DNA from: the human T2T-CHM13v2.0 reference genome, Homo sapiens
Reading direction: 5' to 3' (one strand)
Assembly: GCF_009914755.1 (NCBI RefSeq)
Contig: NC_060929.1
Length of the DNA stretch: 64,000 nucleotides
Shown: positions 27,705 to 43,758 of the stretch, in pieces
How positions within the stretch are numbered: the stretch's first letter is position 1
Layout: the number at the start of each line of letters is the position of its first letter
Translations under genes and position numbers: made by a program
The notes under the pieces: model-generated
Told to the model about the DNA's origin: nothing
What the model saw: only the letters and a program-made list of their open reading frames with translations
Database searches by the model: none

Positions 27705-28046
27705 TATATATAAATTTTACTGATGTAAAACTGCATAAATGTGTGCAGAGCAAACAAGATAAATGTGTGAAAAATTATGGTATCAGGACAAAGTAATTAT
27801 TTTTATCTTATAGGTTTCTACCATCCAAATTCAGTCTTTCTTAAATTATATTGATAGATGGACTGAAAAATGAATAATTTTAGTCATTGTCAGAGAATGT
27901 ATTGATTAATTTCCAAGAAAGGTAAATATAGTATACTGAAACTATTACTACCATTAATAATCAAAATATATTACATTTTGAAAAAATATTCAAAATCATT
28001 TTGAATGAAAAATATTTTATTAAAAAAAATCATATGATCACACTAT

Positions 28047-28366
<320 letters not shown>

Positions 28367-28926
28367 CTAATTGCAAGTACAATATGAACCAAAATATTAA
28401 TTTATCGCTTTTAACTGCCAGCATCAAATTAATATACCATAAAATAGTTATAATTACTCATAGACCTGGAAGTAATATCTTTTGTATGCCTTATACTAGT
28501 AAGGCTTTAATATTAGATCTATTTTATATGAACTTACCATTTTCTGCATTAGTATAAGAATTTACTTAATATCAGAAAATTTTTGACAATCTAGAGGGGT
28601 CAAAGTAGAGTGATAAAAAGAGCTAGAAAATGAAAGAAAAAGAAAAATTCTTGTCTATCTATGAATATATGATGTTAATAATATTCTAGATTTAGTATCC
28701 ATCTTGAAATGCATTGTTCTATTTTAAGGATATATTAATTATGCTCCTTTTTCTCCGGGTTGTTAACACCATTGTATAATTCAAAGTTACAACGATAGAT
28801 TAAAAAAATTATTTACCTGCTTATTGAAAAATAATATTTATTTTTTCATGTGAAATAACATTAGAGCATTATCATTATCAAGGAAATAATCTATAATTCT
28901 ATCACACTAATACAAGTACTGTAACA

Positions 28927-29264
28927 CAGGCATGCATGCATAAAAATGTTTTGGTCAACAACTGACCAGATATATGACAATGGTTCCATAAGATTATAAT
29001 ATTATATTTTCCTTGTACCTTCTAGGTACCTTCTATGTGTTTAGATATGTTTGAATACACAAATACTTACCAGTGTGTTACAGTTGCCTACCCTATTCAG
29101 TAACATAGTGTACAACTTTATAGCCAAGGATCAACAGGCTATACCATATAGGCCAGGTGTATAGTTGGCTATACTCTCTAGGTTTGTGTAAGTATGTTCT
29201 GTTATGTTCACAAAAGAACAAAGTTGCCTAATAGTACATTTCTCAGTTAAATGACACATGACTG
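28927..29264 (+). mobile_element. Tigger3a (MER7A) MITE
   Basis: caggcatgc...catgactg TIRs; internal ccataagattataat, tacacaaatacttacc. Confidence 0.85.
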
Positions 29265-29429
29265 TAATAATGTTGTACACTCATTTCATATAAATGCATG
29301 CACATTTTAGTTGAGGGAGGCTGACACTCCCAAGTGTTAGAGAAGATGTGAAACCGCTGAAACTCTTTTCCAGTCTTCTACCAGTAATGGATGTATAAGA
29401 TGATACAAACACTTTTTTCTATTTTCCAC

Positions 29430-30790
<1,361 letters not shown>

Positions 30791-32682
30791 GCAGCTTGTA
30801 ACAAATTTAAGCACATACCTTTTATTTGTGTTCACTCAGATATTGGAGTGTAATTACATATGCATGAATGCTTGATCAACATTCGTCCTCATAAAATGTT
30901 ATTCTCAGTTACTTTAACTCAGTTAGCCATATTGATACTGATTGATTCTGGAACCTTGTATTTGTGTCATAACTGTTGAAGTTAGTTTCCACTAATATTA
31001 TATCTTTAGTAAAATAATCCAGATTAAAAATAGAAGGTGGAAACCAAAATGCAATATAAAGGAAATTTGAGGGAGAATGAGTGAGATGGAAACAAATGTA
31101 TTCAAAATTGACTACATGAGTAACATTACAATTATGGCAAGCATCAATAGAGCACTTGAACAAGTAAATAGACGGTTTTGCATAGAGTGTAGCAGATTTC
31201 CATAACTTCTATTATCTTTAACAATATTAACTTGGAAAATTTTTGTATATTTGTTTAAAGTTTAGCCATTAAATATTTATTGATAACATACATAAAATAT
31301 TTTTTAAGCAGACAGCTTTTAAATTTATTTCACAATGGTATTTTTGTTTCTAAAAATTAAACTAAGAAATACATTGTAACAAGAAAAAATACCCCGAACA
31401 CTGCCCCCATACACACACTCACTCACACACCCCCACCACACACGCACATCCACATTGAAGGTCTTACAAAAAGCCATACATTTCAGACAATGGAACAAGT
31501 CACAATGTGCCATGAGAGCAAGAGGTAAGCTCGTGTCCTGCTGGGTTCATCAGAGACCTATTCTTACAAAAGGAACTCAAAAGTTGAGCCTTGGAGAATC
31601 AGTCAATAGGATTTTAAAAGCTTAGGAAGACAATAAACGACAATAACAGGTACTCTCAATAGTGTGATAAGGATAGGGGTGATATCTCCAGGAAATTAAA
31701 ATAGTTCAGTCTGTTTGGAGGTTTGAATGCATGCAGTACTGGCTGCCTCCATTTGTCGTCAGTATTGACAGCTTTCACAGCACAGTTATGACAAGAATCA
31801 ATAGAGCCCTTGTTGAAAAAGTAAGTATGTGGAGGGGTTTGTGTAGTGTGTAACAGATTTCTTAGGCACCACAATGAAAGAGACCAGAACATCAATACAA
31901 ACAAATAAAAAACCCCTTCCCAAGATATTAATTTCCATAAAATATATTTTCTCTAAGCACACTGTGGGCCTTTGTTCTTCCCTTTATTAATTTCCCTTCT
32001 GGAGGAATAGAATAACTAATTCTTAAGTTTGGAAAGAAAAGCTGGGCATTCAATGTACATCTTCACCATTTATTTAACCTCTCTTGGTAGCTGTTGTTTA
32101 GTAAAAAATCCAGATTAAAAATAGAATGAAAAATAGAATGAACCAGTTAGCTGCTCTATAATGACTGTCTTAGAAGTACAGTCCTCTTGCCTATAAGTTG
32201 AGAGTAAGTCAGTCTTACTCTGTGATTTTATTCTAAATTCATAGTTCCAAATTACATAAAGCCATTCAGAATCTTATTTCATAATTTTTTGCAAAATTGT
32301 AATGTTAACCCTTCAAATCTCTCCCAAATTACATCATGATCTATACCTGCATGTTTAATAAATCACTTAACTCACGATGGCTGCCCTATATTTGTCATGT
32401 TCTTAACATTTGTTTGAAATTCCTTCTCTGTATGAAGAGTGATGTACCCATCTACACATACCTGATGTTACCCATGAAACATATTTCCAATATCCAGCCT
32501 GCCAAGATATGGCTTCCTTTGTATTTCTTATTTACGCTACAAATCCTGACATTTGGTGACAAATAATTGTACATTTTAACGAAATCAATAATGCCTATTT
32601 TCTCTCTCCTAAACTGGTGAAAAACATTCTTAAGCTACATTACATATAATGCCATATTTGTGAAAATAAGTTCATAGGAAAT

Positions 32683-33167
32683 ATTTTATTAGTCTTTTCT
32701 TGCATTGCTATAAAAAATACCTGAGACTGGGTAATTTATAAATGAGAGAGATTTAATTTGCTGACAGTTCTGCAGGCTTTACACGAAGTATGGTGATGGC
32801 CTCTGCTTGGCTTCTAGGGAGGCCTCAGTATGCTTTAATTATGGCAGAAAATGAAAGAAGAGCAGGCCAGGTTACACAGCGAAAGCAAGAGAAGGCATGA
32901 GAGAGAGAGAAAGAGAAAGAGAGAGAGAGACAGAAAGAGACAGAGAGAGAAAGAGAAAGAGGGAGAGGATGTGCCACACACTTTTAGACCACTAGGTCTC
33001 CTGTGAACTTAGAGAAAGTGGTCAATTATCACCAAGGGGATGACCAAATACATTCATGAAGGATCTGCCTCCATGATCCAAACATCTCCCACCAGGACCC
33101 ACCTTCAACAATGGGGATCAAATTTCTTCATGAGAATAGCATAGGTGCAAATATCTAAACTATATCA
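32683..33167 (-). mobile_element. MST (MSTB/MSTA) MaLR solo LTR with internal (GA)n
   Basis: attagtc...cattgctataaaaaatacctgagactgggtaatttataa...ccatgatccaaacatctcccaccagg...aaactatatca. Confidence 0.85.
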
Positions 33168-33383
33168 ATATTGACTAATGTATTGATTAAACAAGGAAAA
33201 ATTATATGTAGGTAAACATGGAAGTGGTTACATATGCTTCCATGTTTCAGTGAAATATGCTCTAGGTGAATATTCACTTGGAATATTCTATCCATAATAT
33301 TATTATCTCAGTTCATATAATTGAAAAGTAAAGCTAGATAAACTTACAAAAACAAGTTTTGCTATTGTTAATATTTTATCCAT

Positions 33384-33747
33384 TTTATTAGTCTGTTTTT
33401 ATACTGCTATGAAGAAATACCTGAGACTGGCTAATTTATAAAGAAAAAGAGGTTTAATGGACTCACAGTTCAACATGACTGGGGAGGCCTCACAATCATG
33501 GCAGAAGGCAAGGAGGAGCAAAGGCATGTCTTACATGGTGGCAGGCAAGACAGTGTGTGCAGGGGAACTGCCTATTTTAAAACCATCAGATATTGTGAGA
33601 CTTATGCACTATCTCAAGAACAGCATGGGAAAAACCTGCCACCCATGATTCCATTACCTCCCACTGGGTCCCTTCCATGACACGTGGAGATTATAGGAGC
33701 TACAATTCAATATGAGATTTCCATGGAGACACAGCCAAATCGTATCA
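33384..33747 (-). mobile_element. THE1 (THE1B/C-like) MaLR solo LTR
   Basis: ggactcacagttcaacatgactggggaggcctcacaatcatggcagaaggc...acacagccaaatcgtatca. Confidence 0.9.
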
Positions 33748-33979
33748 CCTAAATTCAAAGGTGACGAAACTTTGGACCACAAGCATATGTGTGAATGTTC
33801 TTACTTTATTGGTCTTTTAAAAAGGTCTATATTCAATCCCCCAAATGTTCATAATTTTTTTCTTAAATAAAGACACTATGCATTGTTGGATAAGAAAGAC
33901 GCGTATATTTGCCATGGTTCTCTCTGTGCATACTTTACTCATAAGTTTGTATTATAATTTTACAAATCACATAAGAAAA

Positions 33980-36200
33980 CTAGATCTTCTGTTTTCTGTT
34001 TAAGATGTAGAAATCTGAAAAGAACACCAGTGCCAGCCTCACAACAAGAAAAATCTGGGTATTCAATAAAATCAAAACTTTCTTTATGACCATATTGGAG
34101 CTGACTACAGGTTCTCCATCTTGACTGAAATTTGAGGAAGTATAGATGGTTTTCTCTAGGGAGAGATGAGACACGACACTGACTCATCTCTGGCAGAGCA
34201 TGCAAGGAAGGTAGGACCTCTCTCCCTGTGGATAAGAATGACTGACTTTCAATAAGTTGTAAATTTTGAGTGGGAGCTATCTTGAGAATATAGACTGAAG
34301 GGGACAACAGACATCAGAGAAGTTTGCAGCCACTTGCAGGTTTTCTCTTCTGATTTCCACCAGGGAATCATAAGAAAGTTTAGGGGCAGATGAAGAGACA
34401 GAGAAAGCATTCCTTGTGGTGAAGGACTGGGGGATAAGAATGGTTGCCACTGGCGAAAAGCAGAGCTCTTCTTGGCTTGTTTTTTTTTCAGGTAGAGCAA
34501 AAGTCTTAAGCTGTAAGAGAATGGTCAGCAAAAATACTGGTTTCAGGGCAACAATGGTAAGGCTGAAAGAAGCAAATAAAACGAAACAAAAATACCTCCA
34601 AAACTGGCATATGAGTAGAATACCATCTCGGGCTCTACTATCAGAGGACTTCTACTATTGGGAGTAGAACAAGATCACTAATAATGCGTGAACCCTGAGA
34701 TTCAAGGACACAAGTCCTGCCTAAAACAAAGTTGGAAATACGAAAATAAAAATATCCCTGCCATTACTACAAGACTGGACAGCAGCTAGCATTAAATATT
34801 ATAACAGCATTCTACAAACAGGAGATTAAAAAAGAGTGTAGAGACATTTCGTGTTGTGAAAGGGCAGGGGAAAATTCTAAAGTTGAGGTTAGATCAGGCT
34901 TACCATCATAAGCAGAAGGCAATGGATAAGAATTAGAAACAAATGGAGGACCGAGGGTAGTCAGAACAATGTAAAACAATAACAAAAGGGATAAAATGAA
35001 ATCAGCTCAAGAGGTGATTAGATTGATTCAACTGCCCATAGTGGAGACCTAGGTTAGGAAAAGGCAGGCCCATTTCCAGGCATAATTACATTTATCTACA
35101 ATTTCTACTCTCCACACCATGTGCAGCCTTTAACCAAGATTTTTGAGACATACACACACAACAAGGAAATATAAGCCATTATTGAGAAAAAGTAATCAAC
35201 AGATGAGACTCAGCCAAAGACCACATGTTGGCACAATATTGCAGGGAGCTTAGAAAAAAACTATGAGAAATATCATAAAGGTAAACAGAGATGACAAATG
35301 CCTTTGGTGGAAAGTAGACCCATCAGAGCCAATGACAGATACAGCGAACTTGATGATAGAATAATAAAGGAAGTAGGGGGAAGAAGGAACAGAGTGCCCA
35401 AGAATTGTGGAGCAGCATTAAATGGCTAAGATACTTGTAATTAAAATCTCAGAATGAGAATTTAGAAACAAAAAAAAATGAAGAAATAATGCTGAGAATA
35501 CTATAAATATTATACATATTTCCAAGGAAATATTTTTATATATAGTATAAATGATAATCTTTATAAACACTATAAAGATTTCCAAGGAATATTATAAATA
35601 TTACAAATATAGAAATGTTATAAATATAATTTTAGAAATATTATTAATATTTATGATATTCAGAATATCATAAATATTTCCAAGGACTATTATGAATCTG
35701 TCCTGTGGACATACACCTAGACACAACATATTTAAACTGCTAAAGAGCAAAGATAAAGATAAAATCCCAAAGGCAACCAGAGAATATGACACATTCCATA
35801 CAAAAGGAGGAAAAAAACTTCAGAATTATTATAGACAACTGTCACCAGAAACTATGCAAATCAGAATAAAAACAAAAGCTCTGCTTAGAATTTTATACGT
35901 AATGAAAATATCTCATAAAATTAACAGGAAAAAAGCTTAAGTAAACAAAAAATGAAGAATTCGTTAGAGGGTAACTATATTGAAGCAAATATTAAAAGAT
36001 GTTCAGAGACACTGCATGTGAGCATAGACATATCTTTGGATCTTCATAAGTAGATGTTGATTTCTAGAAATAATTAAAATGAAGATAAAGCAGATGTTTA
36101 GCAGCTCTAAACTATAATTGGCTGTATAATATATAATTGGCCTTAAAAACTTTTTGATGTATTACATATTATTTATACTGCATTATGGTTTACAGTATAT
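33980..36200 (+). mobile_element. ancient L1M 5' region and ORF1 remnant
   Basis: cacctagacacaacatatttaaactgct, aaaatcccaaaggcaaccagag, tcaccagaaactatgcaaatcagaa. Confidence 0.55.
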
Positions 36201-36291
36201 ATAAAATCAAAGCTGGCAGTTAATTATCAATCATAACTAAATCATAACTATATTTTGTAATTAATTCCATGTCAATATAAATAGTTTCCTG

Positions 36292-36575
36292 GGCCAGGAC
36301 CGGTGGCTTACACCTGTAATTCCTGTAACTCAAAAGGCTGAGACAGGAGGATTGTTTGAGGCCAGGAGTTTGGGACCAGCCTGGGAAATATAGCAAGACC
36401 CCTGAATGTTAAAAGAAAAAAAAATAGCTAGGTATGGTGGCATGTGCCTGTAGTTCCAGCTACTGGGGAGGCTGAGGTGGTAGGATTACTTGAGCACAGG
36501 AATAAAGGCTATAGTAAGCTATGATCATGCAACTTCACTCCAGCCTAGGCAGCAGAGAGAGACAGTGTCTCTCAA
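36292..36575 (+). mobile_element. AluJ
   Basis: diverged Alu with J diagnostics (ggaggattgtttgaggccaggagtt, gctatgatcatgc); TSD-like aatagttt. Confidence 0.85.
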
Positions 36576-37394
36576 ATATATGTAATAGTTTTCTTATTAT
36601 ATTTTTGTTTCCAGTGTTATTTGTTCTGTACTATCTGCAGCCATTTACCTAAACTTATATTTATTTTGATTTTTTTTTTTTTTGGCCAAAACATAATGAA
36701 ATGAATGAATCATATGATAAATAGTATATTTTAGGATAATTTTTAGGAGTTGTATTGCTATAATAAAGGACATGTGTAACTTTAGATTTTGAAAATATTT
36801 GTCCAATTGTCATTTCCAGAATTTGGGACAATTATATTTTTAGCAATATATAAATATCCGTCATTCCCCACACTGTTGCTAACACAATGTGCTATGTGTT
36901 TTTACAATGATTGATAATTAAATCATTAGCATTCTGATAGGTGAAAAAATGATCTGAATATACATGTAATTTTATGCTAAACTCATAATTAATTTCTCAA
37001 AATTTACCTTTTGTAGTCTCTCCACAATCAAGCTGTGTGTCATGCTCTACTGAGCTCTCTTATAAAACTATTATGAAGCCACAAACCCAGCTAAGAATCA
37101 TTGTTTAAGTGTAATTAACGGATTTTAATGTTGTAGTTTGAATTCATTTATTATAATAAATACACAGGAATAAAAGTCACAATAATTGTTTTGAGAGTAA
37201 AAGTAATTATTTTGCTCCGGTGAAGGTGATACATTCTTACTTTCTTATAGGTGCATTTAAGATGGCTTCCGTTTTTGATTTTCAGCAGTTTTGTTATTTT
37301 TGGTTGTGTACATTTTTTATTTTATATTTTCTAATTATTTCTTGAAATTCTCAATATTGTGTTTTAATTCCTTGAATATTTTAAGCCATTTTAT

Positions 37395-37880
37395 TTCTAG
37401 GTATTTATTGAAGAGAAATAAATAACATGTCTATGAAAAGATAAATGTTTATAGCAGCTTTTTCTTTGTAACAGGCAAATGCTGGAAACAACCCAAATGG
37501 CCATCAGGTAATAAATGAATAAACAAATTTTGGAATATCTATACAGTGGAATATTAATCGACAATACAAAATAACAGACTATTGATACATGCGATACTGT
37601 TGACCAATCTAAAAATAATTATGTTGAAATTTAAAGCCAGGCAAATAAGGGTACATACTGTTAAGTTTCTAATTATATAAAGTTCAGGAAATTTTTTTAG
37701 TATGGGTTGGAGGGATTACAAAATGGCATTAGGAAATATTTGGGGTGTGATAGTTATGTGTATTTTCTTGAATGTGGCTATGGTTCTACGAGTATCTACC
37801 TATGTCAGAAATCCTCAGATTATACACTTAACACATCTAAAGTCTTTTTGTGTGTCAGTTTATTTCAAAATATATGGTAA
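37395..37880 (+). mobile_element. old L1MC/ME 3' end
   Basis: ctggaaacaacccaaatg, aaatgaataaacaaattttgg, aataattatgttga. Confidence 0.7.
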
Positions 37881-39239
37881 ACTTTAAGAAAATAAAAGTG
37901 TCTGTACTATTGGTATGCAATATTGAGATTTTAAATGCTGATTTTAGAAATAATGTCTGATACTTGAAAATTCTACACGTTTTATAGTAAAATGTTATTT
38001 TGCTAGTTCTTTTTAACAAAAGTTTATTTTATGTATTGTAGTTTCTATTTTGTATAGAGGATCAGTGAACCTTCAAAAAGTAAAGATTCATATTTTTAAA
38101 ATGTGAATATATTTCAGAGAGAGATATAAAACATATGGCTCATTTATTCTTTAATAATAGGATCAGCAAATACCATCTTTTTTTTAACCAAATAGAAAAA
38201 AAAAATGAAGTCTCATTTCATTGAATACTATGGCCAATTATGTGGAAAGAGTATAATTTAGAAAGCTGTAAACTAGAGAGAAATACAGTTAAAAGGGGAG
38301 GGAGAAGAGTTATGGTGGTAAAAATGGATACAAAATAAGAGCTAGACTTCAAATGTGTAAAGAAACACATCCATGCATATGCAAAGAGACAATAATATAC
38401 AGAATCAGAGAGATACACAATGCCTCACCAATGTATGTCAAAAACAAAATAATAGAAAGATATTTGATCCTTCCTTTGTTACCCATTAAGACACTGGAGC
38501 TAAACATTTTTAAACCCATATTTTGTTATCACAACTGCAGGTATGCGGATTACTGCTGAAATTATTTTTCCTGTGAGCCACAAAGACTTTCTTCTCCATA
38601 TGTCTATGTTGTTCTGCAAACAGCAAGTTAGCATTTAAGCTAAACTTTAGGGGATTTAACATTTAATTGTTACACAAAGAAATATTATGGTTTAAAATAT
38701 TACAATTCTCAAATTGTCTCCATATAGCACTGCTTTTATTCTATTTTTTTTGTATGTACATGCATGTACATATGATTGTATTTATTTTTTGGTCTTAGAA
38801 GGAAATAAAGTTTAAAAATATCAGTGCTAGAAAAGAAAGAAACGTTAAAATTTACCTAATTTAACTGGGGCTACAAGAGCAGTTTTTTAAATGTTTTTCT
38901 GTATGTGGGTTTTTCTTTATTATATGTGTTTTACTGATATATAATAAAATTTTGATCAAATCTCAGATCTACTGAACCACAATTATTTCTTCTGTATTGG
39001 ACTTCCATAGATTCATCCATTCTCTCTTTCTTTCACTCTACTTCTTTGAGAGTTAGTTTATGGGACTTTTCTACCTAATGTTGATGACACTAGAAATCAG
39101 AGATGTTCATGACACTTCATATAGTCTCCAATCTGTATTTTAAATAATATTGTACTACTAAAGGGAAAATTAGTACCGATGACTTTAATTAGGTTACTCC
39201 CTAAAACATTATATTTAAAGATTTTCTTGGATGCAAGAG

Positions 39240-39540
39240 CTTGTAATACTCTTTCTTCTTTCGCTAAAGTCCTCTCTCAGTTGACTGATACACTTCATTT
39301 AAATTCAAATAAAGTGTCCTCTCCTCTACAAGTTATTTTTGCTATCAAGTTAATATAAAAATACATTCATTTTTGTGCCTTTATTCTGATCCCAATAAGT
39401 CTTATATTACTAGGGCCTGTGTCTGACTGATTATACCATGGACTTCTTCAGAGCAGGAGCTGTCAACATGCTTCCTATCACATGGGCAAGGAGAAAGTAT
39501 TAGTGAGAGAATGAGTGAATGAATAAATGAATGAATAAAC
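39240..39540 (+). mobile_element. LINE-2 3' end with (GAAT)n tail
   Basis: cttcttcagagcaggagctgtc...gagtgaatgaataaatgaatgaat. Confidence 0.5.
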
Positions 39541-39721
39541 AAAATTCTCTCGTCTTTTACACTTTTTTTTTGCAAAAAATATACAATGTTGTTCTTCTAA
39601 GTTTGTTTTACCTAAAACAGTTATGAATCACTGCATCTCAAACATAAAACATTAAGTTTTACAAAATTGATATCAGAAAAAAATTACTTTGCTAAATAAT
39701 TCTTTTCAAGTAAAATTTTGA

Positions 39722-40076
<355 letters not shown>

Positions 40077-42139
40077 GAAATTTGTTCATTTTTAATGTCA
40101 AGATTTAGAAATCGTGTTTTTAATGAATGTTTTGAATAGACCAATGGATAATTTGGCCTTTTTTCTCCACGGCCTAAATCCCAATTGAAAAAATGCATAC
40201 ATGTTTGGATATATGTGTATGTCTTCGTGTGGATGGTGTGTGTATGTTTATATGTATGTGTATATTTTTGCACTCACATGTATATGCATATATATACATC
40301 AGTAATATATTGCACTTTGCATATATTGTATTTACATTTTCTATTTCATAGTTATACCATATGTTGTAATATGACTTATTTACATTTTCTATTTCATATT
40401 TATATTATATATTTTAATATAAAACATTAAAGTTTGAACTATATATTATATTATACTACATTATATTTAGAGGCATATACATATATGCAAAATTCAAACA
40501 GATTAGAGAATACGTAGTATAACAAATATTTCTAACTATTGTAACAATGTTAATGTTCTTTTGTTATATATTGTTATTAGAGAATATTTTAATATAACTG
40601 ATTTCTTGAGAGTCTTAAAATAATTAGAAGGTATATTTCCTTCACTATTGGTGGGCTGGTTGCTATACATCTAATCTATGTTTTATATCTTAAGAAAGAA
40701 CTTAACATAATCTAGAGGTTATAAAGTACAGTGAATAAATACAATTTTTAAGTATACTCTGTTGAAAGAGAAATCCTAAGCTTTATATCAAGGTCCTTAA
40801 TTCTAAATTGATTTAGGAATTAAACTTTAATTTTCCTATTGATAAGACTAGATATTAATGGCCATTAACTGCTATTCTAAGTGGATATATAATTCTTATT
40901 TCTCTCGGGAAACCTTAAATTTTTAGGGTAAATCTCGGCAAGAATTGTGCAGTAAATACAATACATTTTCAAACTTTTAAGCTGGAGTCTTAATATTAGG
41001 TATGGATGTATACATCAGGAGTTCTGTTCCAGCAGCATGGCTCCTGGTAGGGGTCATTGGTCAGCTCTGGGTTAGAGCCTTCATTAGGCTTCATCTCTGC
41101 CACATGTGTATTTAAGCCTATCAATGCAGGATGTCAATTTAATAAGAATTAAGATGATTCCAATCTGCACTGATAAGATAAACACCCTTAAAATACTTCA
41201 GGTATTTTCTCAATATATTTTAAATATAATAGATTTTAAATAGAATTTTAAACTCATATGCACTTTACTGCATATGAGTCCATTTACTGAAGTAGTTCCA
41301 TGGAAATTTTCTAAGGACCCAAATGTAGAAGGACTATAAATGGTTTTGATAACACAGCTGATTAAAAGAACAATGGCTAGGAGAAAAATTCTAGAAATAG
41401 TACTTAGTAGAGAATAAGTATAATAATTCCATGAAAGTCTCCTGAATATAAAATTGCATAATTTACTAGAGAGAATAATATAGTAAAATGTCAGATTCTT
41501 CTTTTACCAAAGACAGTTTCATTATTTTTCAGATTAGATTCTACCACCTTGAAAAAAACGTATACAAACACACACACACATCTTTCATGTGAGTATAAAT
41601 CCTATTTTTAGAATGACATTTAAGAGAACTTGATTTTTATCAAAAAAATTGAAGTTGATGCTAAATTCAGGGGTACTTTCATAAAGTGTAAAGATTTGTA
41701 AAGATTTGTAAAATATTCTATTCCCCCAAATGATTATTTCGATCTCTATTTGCCTTACTTTTATATGGGCAACTTTATTATCAGAATGTAAATACTAAGA
41801 ACACTGACATAAGATATGTATAAATTATGCAATACAACAAAAATTAAATGAGAATGGATATTAAAGAACTCAGATATATTTTATATATTATCTTACCATA
41901 ATTTAAATTATCACATAACTTATTTGTATTGATTAATAGGTAAATATATGTAATATATAAATATATAAAGTGATTATATAATAGTTTATATTATGGATTA
42001 TATATAGTTTATATATATTATATGTTCTTAGCTATATTATAGGTATATTATAGCTAAGAATATATAATATAATACATATTTAATATACATATGAAAGAAA
42101 TAAAGATGACTAAAGATTCCAAACACAACAATTAGATTA

Positions 42140-42483
42140 CAGTCATGTGGCACACAATGATATTTTGGTCAATGAGGGAATGTATACATGATGGTGGTCT
42201 CATGTGATTACACCATATTTGTACTGCATTTTTGTAGATGTAGATATATTTAGATACACCAATACTTACTATTGTATTACTATTGTGTACAGTATTCTGT
42301 AAAGTAACATTCTATACAGGTTTGAAGCTTAGGAGCAATAGGTTTACCATTTAGCCTAGGTGTGTAGTTGGCTATACCATTTAGGTTGGCATAAGCACAT
42401 TCTTTGATGTTTGCACAATGACAAAAATCACCTAATGACACATTTCTCAGAATGTATTCCTGTCACTAAGGGAGGCGCGACTG
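42140..42483 (+). mobile_element. Tigger3a (MER7A) MITE
   Basis: ta|cagtcatg...gcgcgactg; homologous to 28927-29264. Confidence 0.85.
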
Positions 42484-43169
42484 TGTCTTGTTTGGTTAAA
42501 GATAAATAAAAAGGCCACACCCACCTATAAAAGAATTTAATGTTATAAACTCTGAATTGGCTTCAGTGAAAGCGTGTATGGATTGTGATGCCTGTATCAA
42601 AGTGGAAAATAATGTTCACTTCACGTCATTCAAATTACATGTTTGCAAAAGCACTGTGTGGGGGTCAGGCGAAGGGAAAATGTGCAGTTTTGGTTTTGGC
42701 TAAAGAGTTCTAGTACCTCTACTTTAGTACCAATGATTTTAATACAGCTACAACAGAGCACTATATGGGACAATGAAACCAAACAATTACATCATTACCC
42801 ATTTATCTAAAGAGTCCAACTTATGAATTATTATTTTTACTTGCTTATTCAATATTGGATTTGCTGAAACATGTCACCATCTACATTTGTCCATATAAAT
42901 AAAATGATATTAGGCATTTAAAAAGAAAAAATTCCCTGAAAAAGCTCTTTATAGCTTGGAGGATATCTGTGAAGTCTGATGAGAGCAGAGTCAATTCATA
43001 AATGAGTTATCATCTATAAGCAACACCATATAAACTGTGCTGCACTCGCAGGGTTTAAGCAGAAGGGCAATTTTCTCAATAATCTCTCTCCACTAACTTT
43101 GGAACTTTGCATGAAGATATGTGAGTTTCTCTATCCCATTGCAACTCAAAAAGTAGAAAGCTGATCAGC

Positions 43170-43285
43170 AGTTTTGGTATCATCTGTGAGCTTTAGAGAA
43201 GCAGAACCTCAGAATTCATTCCAGATCTCTGTTTACATGAGACCCACAGGTGATTCCTATGCACAATGTGGTTTAAGAAACACCC
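43170..43285. mobile_element. MER5-like hAT MITE fragment
   Basis: caggtgattcctatgcacaatgtggtttaagaaacac. Confidence 0.55.
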
Positions 43286-43438
43286 CTTTAACCCACAGTT
43301 AGTTGCACAGTATGGAGTCACTGGCTTTTTGAGCAAGTCACACACTCAACTCACCATACTCCAATAACAAAACGGAACTGAGCTGTGTAATATATAGTGG
43401 CCTTTTAGCCACTTGACCAGGTCCTTACTCATTTACTC

Positions 43439-43733
43439 TTTTTTTTTTTTCTTTGAGATGAAGTCTCCCTCTGTCACCCAGGCTGGAATGCACTGGTGCG
43501 ATCTGGGTTCACTGCAGCCTCCACCTCCTGGGTTCAAGTAATTCTCTGCCTCAGCCTCCAGAGTAGCTGGGATTATAGGCACATGCCACCATGCCCGGCT
43601 AATTTTTGTATTTTCAGTACAGACGAGGTTTCACCATCTTGACCAGGCTGGTCCTGAACTCCTGACCTTGTTATCCACCCGCCTTGGCCTCCCAAAGTGA
43701 CGGGATTACAGGCGTGAGCCACCGCGCCCGGCC
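43439..43733 (-). mobile_element. AluS
   Basis: full dimer; perfect 13-bp TSD ctcatttactctt. Confidence 0.93.
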
Positions 43734-43758
43734 CTCATTTACTCTTAAACTCTTCAAG

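Noticed and set aside
33960-34667. Cluster of 64-115 aa ORFs
   Set aside because: They lie in a decayed L1 5' region, with no recognisable domain or exon structure.
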